In this document: positions 30,415-39,945 of the stretch, piece by piece | Layout: the number at the start of each line of letters is the position of its first letter | Numbering within the stretch: the stretch's first letter is position 1 | NCBI GenBank assembly: GCA_963749915.1 | Contig: CAVVOP010000022.1 | Coordinates: 384,001 to 448,000, forward strand | Length of the DNA: 64,000 bases | Source of the DNA: an uncultured cyanobacterium | Lineage (GTDB): Bacteria > Cyanobacteriota > Cyanobacteriia > Cyanobacteriales > Cyanobacteriaceae | Direction: 5' to 3' | Notes under the pieces: model-generated | Told to the model about the DNA's origin: nothing | What the model saw: only the letters and a program-made list of their open reading frames with translations | Databases searched by the model: none | Made by a program: the position numbers and the translations under genes

Positions 30415-30953
30415 ATATTGATCAATTGATGGCTAGTCGACAAAAATTAAATAAAAACCCCGAAATCTCAGCAACAGAAGCAGATTGGAGTCGAGAAAAA
30501 ATAGAAAAATGGTGGACTCCTTCTAAGCAACTACTAAAATCCATTCGTCAATATCAAAAATGGCAATTAAAATCTCATATATTTGCTAAAATTGTCCAGG
30601 GGTGCTGTGTTCTCCAACATCGTTTTTGGACTGTAGTAACTGGTGCGGATATTCCCTTGAACTGTCAACTCGGAGGAGGGTTGGTTTTGCCTCATCCTAA
30701 TGGTGTCGTCATTCATCCTAGTGCCCAAATTGGCCCCAATTGCACTATTTTTCAGCAAGTTACTATTGTTACTAAGGTTAAAATTGGAGGTCACGTAGAT
30801 ATTGGCGCAGGGGCCAAAATTCTCAAAAATGTCACCATTGGTAATCATACTAAAGTTGGGGCAAATGCGGTGCTGAAAAATATTGATATACCAGAAGGAG
30901 CCCTTGCGGTCGGTATTCCTGCTCGGGTCGTGAAACAAAAATCTGTGGGATGA
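30411..30953 (+). CDS. Hexapeptide-repeat (CysE/WcaB-like) acetyltransferase; last codons supplied by IS1 end
   Basis: GGAGG RBS then GTG 30411 overlapping the GT4 stop; LPHPNGVVIH, IGAGAKIL, VGANAV, GIPARVV. Confidence 0.85.
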   Translation: MNIDQLMASRQKLNKNPEISATEADWSREKIEKWWTPSKQLLKSIRQYQKWQLKSHIFAKIVQGCCVLQHRFWTVVTGADIPLNCQLGGGLVLPHPNGVVIHPSAQIGPNCTIFQQVTIVTKVKIGGHVDIGAGAKILKNVTIGNHTKVGANAVLKNIDIPEGALAVGIPARVVKQKSVG

Positions 30954-31129
30954 GAGTATGATAGAAAAGTAGCATAAGGACACCAGCGTTATAAATGTCC
31001 TCAATGTGGTAAAACTTTCCCTGAACATTTTGACACTCTTTACTATAACCGCCATCTCAGTCCGACTGAAGTTCACACTATTCTCCAATCTCACGCCGAA
31101 GGAAGTAGCCTGAGAGGAGTGAGTCGAAT
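30926..31129 (+). mobile_element. Partial IS1-family copy (left end plus transposase fragment), inverted relative to 24890-25394
   Basis: GGTCGTGAAACAAAAATCTGTGGGATGAGAGTATGATAG identical to the first copy; ends at GTGAGTCGAAT. Confidence 0.88.
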
Positions 31130-31511
31130 TTTAATAAAAGACAAATGGTTAATAACCCATGACCCTTATACTATTAGTTTTGGTGGAGTTAATATGGCAG
31201 TAGTGGATTTAGGGGCAGAGAAATTAATAGCCGCCATGAAAGATAACCAAAAAATTGCCGTGGAAATTAAGAGTTTTTTGGAGAACTCTTCAGCTATTTC
31301 CGAATTCCACACTGCTTTGGGACAATTTATTAATTATCGGGCAGTTTTAAAGCGAAAAGCGCCTGAAAGAATTTTATATTTAGCTATTCCTAGTTTTAGT
31401 TATGACACTTTTTTTTCTTTAGAGTTTCCTCAATTAATGATTAGAGAAAATCAATTAAAACTGATTATTTTTGAGCCAAGTGAAGAGGTAATATTAACGT
31501 GGATAAATTAA
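31119..31511 (+). pseudogene. xisH: XisH family protein, N-terminus replaced by IS1 sequence
   Basis: LIKDKWLITHDP, DLGAEK, IAVEIKSF, FHTALGQFINY; first codons (MSRI) are IS-derived. Confidence 0.8.
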
Positions 31512-31834
31512 CAAAATATTCTCAATTAATTAAAGATATTTTAATAGAATATAGTCAATATAAACCAGCCACTAATGACTTAGAAATCGAAGCTATTTTT
31601 GATGAACAAAGAGGACATTATCAGGTAGTTACCTTTGGTTGGGAAGGTAAAAAATATGTCCATTATTGTCTAATTCATATTGATTTAAAGTTGGATAAGA
31701 TTTGGATTCGGTGGAATATGACAGAAAAAGATATTGCCGAAGAATTAGTAGAATTAGGTGTCCCTAAACAAGATATTGTAATTGGTTTTCATCCTCCTTT
31801 AATGCGTAAGCTTACAGATTATGCGGTAGGATAA
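31499..31834 (+). CDS. xisI: XisI family protein
   Basis: MDKL..Y, IFDEQRGHY, GW, HIDL, KIWI, GVPKQDIVIGFHPP. Confidence 0.92.
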   Translation: MDKLTKYSQLIKDILIEYSQYKPATNDLEIEAIFDEQRGHYQVVTFGWEGKKYVHYCLIHIDLKLDKIWIRWNMTEKDIAEELVELGVPKQDIVIGFHPPLMRKLTDYAVG

Positions 31835-31865
31835 AAAAGATCATTGTTTTGTATTTCTTGAATCA

Positions 31866-32852
31866 TCATTTTAATTTTTTCTTAGTAATTTCATTGATTG
31901 TAAGTTTTACTTGTTTTTGCCATGATTTCAAACCTAGTTTACGAGAAATAAAGTCCGCTAAAAATAAAGATAAACCCAAACTTTTAACTCTAAATAGCAC
32001 TTTTAGCCACCAATTTTCTATTTGTAATTGTTTTTTCTGTAAACCATTAGGCTTAATAGATGGCAAACCACTTAACTCATAACCGCGATCAGTTAATAAA
32101 TCTCCCACTTTTGACTCTACCAACTGAATATCAACGTCTGACAGTTTTTTTCGCCACTGTTGTATTAATTTAGGATCAGGAGAGCTATAAGTGGTATTGT
32201 CATCATAGGTTAACATCAAAGGATCATAATCGACCCCCATAAATTCACAAATGGCGGTTAAAACGGTTACAGGATCACTGATCAGATTTTCGTAATTAAT
32301 TTCAATATACCGATCTGGCGAAATCTTGTTGTTTTTTAACTGATTCCATAAATGTTCAGCTTCTAACCAGCGATCTACGCCATACCATACATTACCTGCC
32401 CACCCCATACCGATACAAGAACGGGCTACATCCCTAGGGTCTCGGATAAGATGAATAAAACGAGCATCACCCCAAATATACAGTAGTCGATCAAAATGCC
32501 GATGTACTGTTGCACCAATCAAAGGTTTGCCACAGGAATTGACTTTCTGAGCTAGAAAACTATTCACCAGTTGAGGATAATTAAGATTTTTATCAATGGC
32601 AAAACCCATAGATTGAAAAATACGATCACTTTCCAACCATTCATAATAGTTATCCAGTGAAGGATATTGACCGTCATTGGCAACTAAATCCACTGAATAT
32701 TCAAATTCCTGTACCCAACCGACGGAAGAATGGTGATCTAACATTAGACGTAAGACGGTTGTGCCAGAACGTTCTGCACCTACAAGAAAAATCGGCTTGC
32801 CTATATCCACATAAAGTGCTATAAATAAGCCCCCCTGCTTTCTCCCAACCAT
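31866..32852 (-). CDS. Sulfotransferase with a foreign 5' end (start uncertain)
   Basis: PIFLVGAERSGTT, IHLIRDPRDVARS, YENL; sequence upstream of GKP is a copy of 34251-34397. Confidence 0.8.
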   Translation of the reverse strand: MVGRKQGGLFIALYVDIGKPIFLVGAERSGTTVLRLMLDHHSSVGWVQEFEYSVDLVANDGQYPSLDNYYEWLESDRIFQSMGFAIDKNLNYPQLVNSFLAQKVNSCGKPLIGATVHRHFDRLLYIWGDARFIHLIRDPRDVARSCIGMGWAGNVWYGVDRWLEAEHLWNQLKNNKISPDRYIEINYENLISDPVTVLTAICEFMGVDYDPLMLTYDDNTTYSSPDPKLIQQWRKKLSDVDIQLVESKVGDLLTDRGYELSGLPSIKPNGLQKKQLQIENWWLKVLFRVKSLGLSLFLADFISRKLGLKSWQKQVKLTINEITKKKLK

Positions 32853-32941
32853 TCAACAATTCTGTATATAAATCATACATTTCTGGTCGTCGATTTAACT
32901 CTATGAAAAAGTTATTTAGTTCTTCATTATTTTTAACTTTT
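32794..32941. repeat. ~150-bp direct repeat of the 3' part of the 34106-35890 gene (34251-34397)
   Basis: Direct alignment: four substitutions and three small indels. Confidence 0.92.
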
Positions 32942-32996
32942 AAAATGAAAAATAAAGGTGATCTAATATCAATTATCATAAATTAAATTGTAATTT

Positions 32997-33638
32997 TTAC
33001 CTAAGATTAATTTTTTCTCTCACCCATTGACGAAACATTTTGATTAAATCTAAATAATCAATTTCCTCTAATTTTTGCATAAAATTATTAATTTCTAATA
33101 AAGGTAAATTAGGAAAAATAACGCTATTTTCTTCTTTTATATATTGATTATTTTTTAGTTGTAAAATTTGTAAACCTTCACCATAAATCCAAACTTCTTT
33201 TACTCCCAAATCTCGATAAATTTCCAGACGATTATTCGACATACTGGTCAAATCAATTTCTAAAATTAAATCAGGAGCAATTTCTTCATTGGGTTTAAAT
33301 CTTTTAATATTTTTAATTGCATGAATATTGCTTACATAATAACATTTATCAGGTTCAGCACCTCCATAATTTAAACGTCTAAAAGTAGTTGAACCTAAAG
33401 GCAGAATTTTTATGTTTAATTCTTCCGCCAAAGTTTCTACAAAACGCCCAATAACTTCTTTGTAATATTCATGTTCAGGAGATGGAGACATAATTTCTAA
33501 ATTACCGTAGTAATAAGTTAATTTTAAACAACGATTATTACTTAAATCTTGCCAAAGATTAGTATAAGTTTCCCAACTAATACCATCAAGATTAAATATT
33601 TCGCCTGTTATAATAGGTTGTGTTAAAGTTGTTGTCAT
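32997..33638 (-). CDS. Uma2 family (DUF820) putative endonuclease
   Basis: ISWETY, LEIMSPSPEHE, LGSTTF, EPDKCYY, PDLILEID, GVKEVW. Confidence 0.9.
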   Translation of the reverse strand: MTTTLTQPIITGEIFNLDGISWETYTNLWQDLSNNRCLKLTYYYGNLEIMSPSPEHEYYKEVIGRFVETLAEELNIKILPLGSTTFRRLNYGGAEPDKCYYVSNIHAIKNIKRFKPNEEIAPDLILEIDLTSMSNNRLEIYRDLGVKEVWIYGEGLQILQLKNNQYIKEENSVIFPNLPLLEINNFMQKLEEIDYLDLIKMFRQWVREKINLR

Positions 33639-33810
33639 GAGTTTTATTAATCTCTTAAATTATGTTTGCTATTATAATCGATCCAACTACTCGTAATTAA
33701 ATGTTTCTTGGAGAATTTCCCTCTTCCTTGTCCACTTTCCTTCCCCATCCCCCAAGTCTCACCTTCACCAGAATTTAATTGTTAAAAACCTACCCTTGTG
33801 AGCCACACTC

Positions 33811-34031
33811 CAATACTGCTCGGTTAAGAGCGAAAAACTTACTGTGGGGGGAAAGTAATGAGTAATGAGTAATGAGTAATGAGTAATGAGTAATGAGTAA
33901 TGAGTAAGTAGCAGAGAAATATAGGTTTTAAAACGACCAATTTTCCGAGTTCAAGATTCGTAATAATTACAGAAGTAATTCGTAATTAATACCTTGAATA
34001 AAAATCATATTTCCTTAACCGAGCAGTATTG
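33811..34031. mobile_element. 221-bp MITE with perfect 18-bp TIRs
   Basis: CAATACTGCTCGGTTAAG (33811-33828) / CTTAACCGAGCAGTATTG (34014-34031); no ORF. Confidence 0.85.
33854..33907. repeat. Heptamer short tandem repeat (AGTAATG)7+
   Basis: Seven exact units plus a partial, inside the MITE. Confidence 0.95.
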
Positions 34032-34105
34032 CCCCACACTCCTCATCTCATCTTTTCTTCTTTTCTTCTTTCTTGTCCGGCCTTAAGTTGGTAGCCCATT
34101 TATTT

Positions 34106-35890
34106 TTAATTTGATTCTTTATCAACGTCAATAACACTTGACGGCGAATTATTGGATTCCTTATTTTTGATAAAATCAACCAAAGCATTATATTTAGGAG
34201 ATCCAGACTGCTCCAAATATTCTAAAGCTCCCCAACTACCGTGTTTACTGGGCTTGCCTATATCCACAAAGTGCATAAATAAGCCCCCCCCTGCTTTCTC
34301 CCAATCATTCAATAATTCTGTATATAAATCATACATTTCTGGTCGTCGATTTAACTCCATGAAAAAGTTATTTAGTTCTTCGTTATTTTTAACTTTTTTC
34401 ACTCCCACTATATGTTGTCCTCCTTCATAGGCAACTAGTTGTAAACCTCTTTCTTTAGCTACTTGCTGATGATAGATATATGTCTGATTTTTCTCCTTTA
34501 AACTACCTTGTCTTTCACCAGTTATTAACCCACCTATTCTCAATTGTTCAAAAGCTTTATTAAATCCCCCATCGGTTTCATTTAACCAGGACTGTACTAA
34601 TGCTTCGTTCTTTGGACTACCTAAACCCCCCCCTACATAACCGGTAATACCATAAGCGGAAATACCATGTTGATAGCAGGGTTTATTCCCTTCTTTTACC
34701 CACTCAGGGCAGTCTAAAGCGGCTTTTTCCAATCCTTGCCATGCTGTTTGAGTTGACATGACGCAAACAACCCGATCTTTGTCATCTGCAAATACCTGTT
34801 TCCAAAGATCACACATTTGAGCAGTCCGCATTCCATACCACTGCATATACGCGTCTCCCTTGTCTCCCCATCTAGCTTTACCCTCATTTAACGCATAATG
34901 AGATTGTTTAAATTGCCGATTCCAAACCTCATTGGAAAATTCGACATATATTTTGAGGTTAGGATCTAAACTATTTTTAACTAATTTAGCAAAATTGGTG
35001 ATATATTCATCCGTAGCCTGATGAGGCATATTAAACCAAAGATCTTTTTTGAGCTTATTGCCTAAGGCCGTCATTGTTTCAATGGAAACCCCCTTCAAAG
35101 CATAGGAGGAAGTTTTTGGAGTTGGTCTATTTTTCCATTCCTTTTGCTCGGAATTGTTGGTTTTCATCCAATCCATAAAGCGAAAAGTACTAAAGGGCTT
35201 GATTTTCTCTAAAAATAAGGGGTTAAAGATTTCCCCTTGATTAAATAATTGTTCGTGTTTAGCTTCGATAACTTTTATGTTGCGGATATAATCACCTGTC
35301 TTATTCGGATCAGTGGAGGTGATGGTCATTAATATCCCATTTTTTTTACCAGAATCTACGTTGATGACGTCTCTACCCTGTTTTGATTCTGAATCTAATT
35401 TTGTAGCTGACCAACTATAGTTTATCTTTCCTTCCCCTTCATATAGCACCACATACTTACCTTCGGGGAAATGATCACTAAGTCCAATAATGCTACTGAC
35501 ACGAGTAAATTGAACGGAATCTTCTGGCTTGGGCAGGGATTTAACCCATCCGTTTTCGTCTAAGTCTAATAATTCATTTTCTCCTGTACTCCATTTTTTT
35601 TCACAGTTAGGATCAGATCTAACACATTGAGGAATCCATGAACGGGCAGTTTTAAAATGATCTAGGAAAGGATATTGGGTTGACCAATCAGCGATACCAC
35701 CTAAGCCAATTCCTAGGGACATTTCTTGTGGAGGAGGATTATTTAACTGTTTATTTTCGGCAATAATAGAGGATATAGCCCTCTGATTCTGTGAAGGTTG
35801 ACAAGCTGACAATAAACCCCAGAGAGACAAAAAAGATAAAAGGCTGAGAATAGGTAAATTCATAATATAAATAGTAATTAAATTGATCAC
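34106..35890 (-). CDS. Lipoprotein of the 'cellulose-binding protein' type, putative glycoside hydrolase
   Basis: Lipobox GLLSAC (likely start M at 35863); RFMDW, WFNMPH, YVEFSNEVWN, AYEGGQH, GSWG motifs. Confidence 0.7.
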   Translation of the reverse strand: MINLITIYIMNLPILSLLSFLSLWGLLSACQPSQNQRAISSIIAENKQLNNPPPQEMSLGIGLGGIADWSTQYPFLDHFKTARSWIPQCVRSDPNCEKKWSTGENELLDLDENGWVKSLPKPEDSVQFTRVSSIIGLSDHFPEGKYVVLYEGEGKINYSWSATKLDSESKQGRDVINVDSGKKNGILMTITSTDPNKTGDYIRNIKVIEAKHEQLFNQGEIFNPLFLEKIKPFSTFRFMDWMKTNNSEQKEWKNRPTPKTSSYALKGVSIETMTALGNKLKKDLWFNMPHQATDEYITNFAKLVKNSLDPNLKIYVEFSNEVWNRQFKQSHYALNEGKARWGDKGDAYMQWYGMRTAQMCDLWKQVFADDKDRVVCVMSTQTAWQGLEKAALDCPEWVKEGNKPCYQHGISAYGITGYVGGGLGSPKNEALVQSWLNETDGGFNKAFEQLRIGGLITGERQGSLKEKNQTYIYHQQVAKERGLQLVAYEGGQHIVGVKKVKNNEELNNFFMELNRRPEMYDLYTELLNDWEKAGGGLFMHFVDIGKPSKHGSWGALEYLEQSGSPKYNALVDFIKNKESNNSPSSVIDVDKESN

Positions 35891-35893
35891 AAG

Positions 35894-37294
35894 TCAAAGG
35901 TTAACTTTTTGACGTTTCAACGGCTGTGGTTTTTTTGTAACCTTGATTTTTCTCATTCTCAATTCCTGGGTAGAAAAATCATTTCTCACCAACCCTGATA
36001 ATCCCCCAGCAATTAAAGGAAAAATCGGATTAAACATAGAGTTGAGGAGGGAATCCACAACAAATAAAATTAAGCAAACTCCTAAAACCGCCGCCGACGC
36101 TATTTGAGGATGAAACCAGGTTTTTACTAGATAACGCCATTGGGAAAAGTAAAGTACCGGGAAGAGAAAAGAAGTAAACACAGTCACTAAACCCATTAAG
36201 CCATTTGTGCCAAAAACAATAATCCAGAAGCTATCAGGTGTAGAAATATCGACAAATTCCCCCGCAAAATTTTCTTCCAATACTCGATTTCTCCCCCATC
36301 CGCCCCAACCAAACAAGATCTTTTCTCTGGCTCGATCCCCTAATATTTCTTCATTATCAAGTCTAAACTCCAAGGATTGTGCCCTTTCTGGACTGATATT
36401 GTCACTTGCGAAAGAGACCAAATTTTCTCCGTTAAAGTTGCCACTGACAGCGATGGCCAAATAAGCAACAATAGCGAACATAAGTAAAAGTAAGGGCAAA
36501 CTAGTACGAATACTTTTAGCACAAAACAGAATAATTAAACCAGCCAACATCAAAACATAAGCACCAGTGGATTTAAGCAGAATAAAAGTAATTAAGAGAA
36601 TAATGGATACCCATTCGATGGGAATACGCCAAATTTTTTCCACTACTTTTGCCTGCCATAACCAAATGGCTATGAGAGTCGCCGTCATCATAAACAATCC
36701 CACCATTAAGCCATGTTGCATAAAAACCTGTGGTCTCCAACCACCCAACCTTATGGTTTGTCCAAAGGAATGGGGGAAATAACCATAAACCATGGTGTGC
36801 AATTGAGGACTCATCCTTACTTCATATAAGCACAAAGGGGTATATAGTAGTCCGGCCTTAACAATACTAATGGACAAATCTCTTAACCCAATAAAATTAT
36901 TGAGATAAAGTCGCCCTAAAAAATAAGGCATTCCCCATTCAAAAGTTCGATCGAGACATGCATTGAAACCATCATAAAAACCCAGTTCGTTAGTAAGGGA
37001 AGAAAAAATAGGACTAATCCCAAATAAAATTATGGGAAGATCAATCCATTTCAGTTTAAATTTACTGAATATTTGGGCATCGTAAATAAGAATACCGATA
37101 AAAATTCCGTAACAGGTAGCAACCATTCCTCCATAATCAGGAATCAAAGGCAAAGCAAAACCAGCCCTTCGGGGTAGGAATAAGACACCACCTAAAAAAG
37201 CCATAATTACAGCCTTTCTTGGTGGAAATTTTGCAAATAAGTATAAAATTATCGGTAGCCATAAGATCATGGCAAGTTGGGCTTGAGCAGACAT
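35894..37294 (-). CDS. Wzy/O-antigen ligase-like polysaccharide polymerase
   Basis: Many TM helices; YEVRMSPQLH, RPQVFMQHGL, RAQSLEFR, FGWGGWGR. Confidence 0.75.
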   Translation of the reverse strand: MSAQAQLAMILWLPIILYLFAKFPPRKAVIMAFLGGVLFLPRRAGFALPLIPDYGGMVATCYGIFIGILIYDAQIFSKFKLKWIDLPIILFGISPIFSSLTNELGFYDGFNACLDRTFEWGMPYFLGRLYLNNFIGLRDLSISIVKAGLLYTPLCLYEVRMSPQLHTMVYGYFPHSFGQTIRLGGWRPQVFMQHGLMVGLFMMTATLIAIWLWQAKVVEKIWRIPIEWVSIILLITFILLKSTGAYVLMLAGLIILFCAKSIRTSLPLLLLMFAIVAYLAIAVSGNFNGENLVSFASDNISPERAQSLEFRLDNEEILGDRAREKILFGWGGWGRNRVLEENFAGEFVDISTPDSFWIIVFGTNGLMGLVTVFTSFLFPVLYFSQWRYLVKTWFHPQIASAAVLGVCLILFVVDSLLNSMFNPIFPLIAGGLSGLVRNDFSTQELRMRKIKVTKKPQPLKRQKVNL

Positions 37295-37460
37295 ATTATG
37301 ATATGAAACTTAGTATTGTTCAGACAAGGTTTGTTTTTCCGTTCATTATAGATCACCATAAACACTTGCAATTTATAAATTTTGGAACTATTGTCTATCA
37401 GGCGATCGCCTTGTTATTTCATAATATAAAATAAAAAATATCTTAATTGGCTAGTACAAT

Positions 37461-38978
37461 TTATCCCAATTTAGAATCATCATTCATTGCTTCGTGATAA
37501 ATCTTTTCATTAGTTTTGACTGACTTGAAAAAATCTACTATTGGGGGGGGATAATCTACACCTAATCTTACCCCGAAACCTTTCTGTTGTTCTGTCGTTA
37601 ACTGCCAAGGTTGATGAATTTTGTCACCAGGAATAGAAACAAGTTCTGGTAGCCAATGTTTAATATATTTTCCTTGAGAGTCATAATCCCTGGACTGTTT
37701 GGGAATATTAAAATAACGAAACCCACGAGCATCATTACCTACTCCTGCCGTATAGTTCCAATTGCCCCAATTACTACAAACGTCGTAATCAATTAGCAAC
37801 GATTCAAACCACTCGGCCCCCATAATCCAATTAATTCCTAAGTTTTTGGTCAGGAAACTAGCCACGTTTTGTCGTCCTCGATTAGACATAAAACCTGTAG
37901 CGGCTAACTCTCGCATATTGGCATCTACAAAAGGATATCCTGTTTTTCCTTCTTGCCAGAGTCTAAACATTTGCCAGTCTTCTTGCCAAGGAATCGGAAT
38001 ACCTTGTAACCCTGATGGACGAAAAATGCGGTCGCCGAAGGTACAGCTACCCTGAGCTCCATGTTTAGCACAAATGAAACGGAAGAAATCCCGCCACAGT
38101 AATTCAAACACCAACCAATAAGTTGAATCATTTTTGATTCTTTGCACTTCATATTCTTTCACCTGTTCATAGATAAAACGAGGCGAAAGACAACCATTAG
38201 CTAACCAAGGAGAAAATTTAGACGAGTAATCACTTCCTAAGAGTCCATTGCGAGTCTGTTTATAGTTCTTCAGACAATTTTGTTGCCAAAAATAATGATC
38301 TAATCGAGCTAAGGCTTTTGTTTCACCCCCCTTAAATTGTAAAACAGCTCTATTATCATAGACTGGTGACTCAAGTCCCAAATCAGACAATTGAGGCAGT
38401 TTACCCACATCTATATTAGGTAGAGGAGGCAATTTTTTAGGGGTTGGAAAAGTGGTAGACACGGAGGATCTTTTTTCCACCGCTTTGCGGAAGTTAGTAA
38501 ACAGTTCAGGGAGTTGAGCAATCTCGAAAGGTAAATTCTCTGGATGATAGAGAGTCGTTCCCCAAAAGCGATGCGCGGGAACGTTGACTTGAGATAGAGC
38601 TTTTGTCAGGGCTTTTTCTACTGCCAACTCTTCGGCAGTAACTTCCCCTTGATAGTAAACCGCAGAAATTTCCATTTGGTCAACCAGTGAAGGAATTATT
38701 ACTTCTGGTAAACCTTTTCTTACTACTAAATTGCTACCTAATTGACGGAGAGAATTGCGTAAATCCTCTACACTTTCCCATAAAAATTTACCCCGAAATG
38801 CACCTGTTTTGGGAAAACCAAAGGAAGTTGTGGTAAAGTGCCGTTCATCAAAGCAGTAAAAGGGAATTACTTGAGCTTTTTGAAGCAGTGCTTGATACAT
38901 AGGTTCATGGTCATGTAGACGTAAGTCGTTGCGATGCCAGATTATAATTCGTTTTGGTTTCATCGTCGAATAACTCAA
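37461..38978 (-). CDS. Cryptochrome DASH
   Basis: WHRNDLRLHD, FKGGET, YKQTRNGL, SKFSPWLA, ELLWRDFF, MSNRGRQNVASFL, GNWNYTAGVGND. Confidence 0.92.
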   Translation of the reverse strand: MSYSTMKPKRIIIWHRNDLRLHDHEPMYQALLQKAQVIPFYCFDERHFTTTSFGFPKTGAFRGKFLWESVEDLRNSLRQLGSNLVVRKGLPEVIIPSLVDQMEISAVYYQGEVTAEELAVEKALTKALSQVNVPAHRFWGTTLYHPENLPFEIAQLPELFTNFRKAVEKRSSVSTTFPTPKKLPPLPNIDVGKLPQLSDLGLESPVYDNRAVLQFKGGETKALARLDHYFWQQNCLKNYKQTRNGLLGSDYSSKFSPWLANGCLSPRFIYEQVKEYEVQRIKNDSTYWLVFELLWRDFFRFICAKHGAQGSCTFGDRIFRPSGLQGIPIPWQEDWQMFRLWQEGKTGYPFVDANMRELAATGFMSNRGRQNVASFLTKNLGINWIMGAEWFESLLIDYDVCSNWGNWNYTAGVGNDARGFRYFNIPKQSRDYDSQGKYIKHWLPELVSIPGDKIHQPWQLTTEQQKGFGVRLGVDYPPPIVDFFKSVKTNEKIYHEAMNDDSKLG

Positions 38979-39221
38979 ATTGTTGACGTTACTGAATTAA
39001 GCTATGAACGATAGGGAACAGACACATCATCCTGGTGAAGATATAGTTCTGTTTTCCTTGTCGGTTGATTCCATTTTTGCCGATACCACGTACTCCGTGC
39101 AAGCACTTTTCCCTGCAACCAGAACGTCCGATGGTTGAAACACTGAAACTTGGGGGATGTCAAATTGCAAAAATAGATTTCTCGGTTAGGTAATTTTGTA
39201 TTTTGGATTATCCAAGCCTTT

Positions 39222-39263
<42 letters not shown>

Positions 39264-39389
39264 CTCTGACGACCAGATTTTTTGACTTTTGCAAGAGGTC
39301 TATTGGATGGAGCGTTAAGATATACACAACACAGGAGGCTTACTCAAATTCCTCAATGTTTAAGGGTCAAAAAACTATAAAATATTCTC

Positions 39390-39662
39390 ATGAAACAGGT
39401 AAAACTAACAGTATCAGGAAAGGTACAAGGTGTTTTTTTTAGGCATTATACTTGTAAACAAGCTCTAAAATTAGGGCTTCGTGGATATGTGAAAAATTTA
39501 GTTAACTCGGATGTGGAAATTGTCGCCCAAGGTGAAGCCCCACAAGTAGATCAGCTAATTGAATGGGCTAAATCTGGTTCTCCTGAGGCCGAAGTTAGCA
39601 ATCTCAAGTTAGAAATTATGCCTAACGAGGATGAATTTCCAGACTTTGTAATTCGTTATTAA
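39390..39662 (+). CDS. acyP: Acylphosphatase
   Basis: VSGKVQGVFFR, GYVKN. Confidence 0.92.
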   Translation: MKQVKLTVSGKVQGVFFRHYTCKQALKLGLRGYVKNLVNSDVEIVAQGEAPQVDQLIEWAKSGSPEAEVSNLKLEIMPNEDEFPDFVIRY

Positions 39663-39945
39663 AATGACATCGGTTTGAGAGAGGGATACCATAGAGATCA
39701 GAAAAATTAACTGGTAGTGACCGAGGACAATTCACGGCACAATTAGTTAAACAATGGGGCAAAGGTTGATTAGGATTGTAAACACAATTCTTACAGTAAT
39801 CGCTCATCTTACTTGATTATGAGACTTTTAATGATTTTAAATTGGCGATCACGAATTGGGAAAATACTTCGTTAATTGTTATCGCTTTTTTAGGACTCTG
39901 GGTTAGTTATAATTAAGAAAAAAGCTTGAAATCGGGAGGTGAGTT

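Noticed and set aside
31119..31834. fdxN-type excision element
   Set aside because: No XisF serine recombinase or interrupted target gene; stand-alone xisH/xisI pairs are common in cyanobacteria
32794..34397. Diversity-generating retroelement TR/VR pair
   Set aside because: Differences are mixed transitions and indels, not adenine-specific, and no reverse transcriptase is in the window
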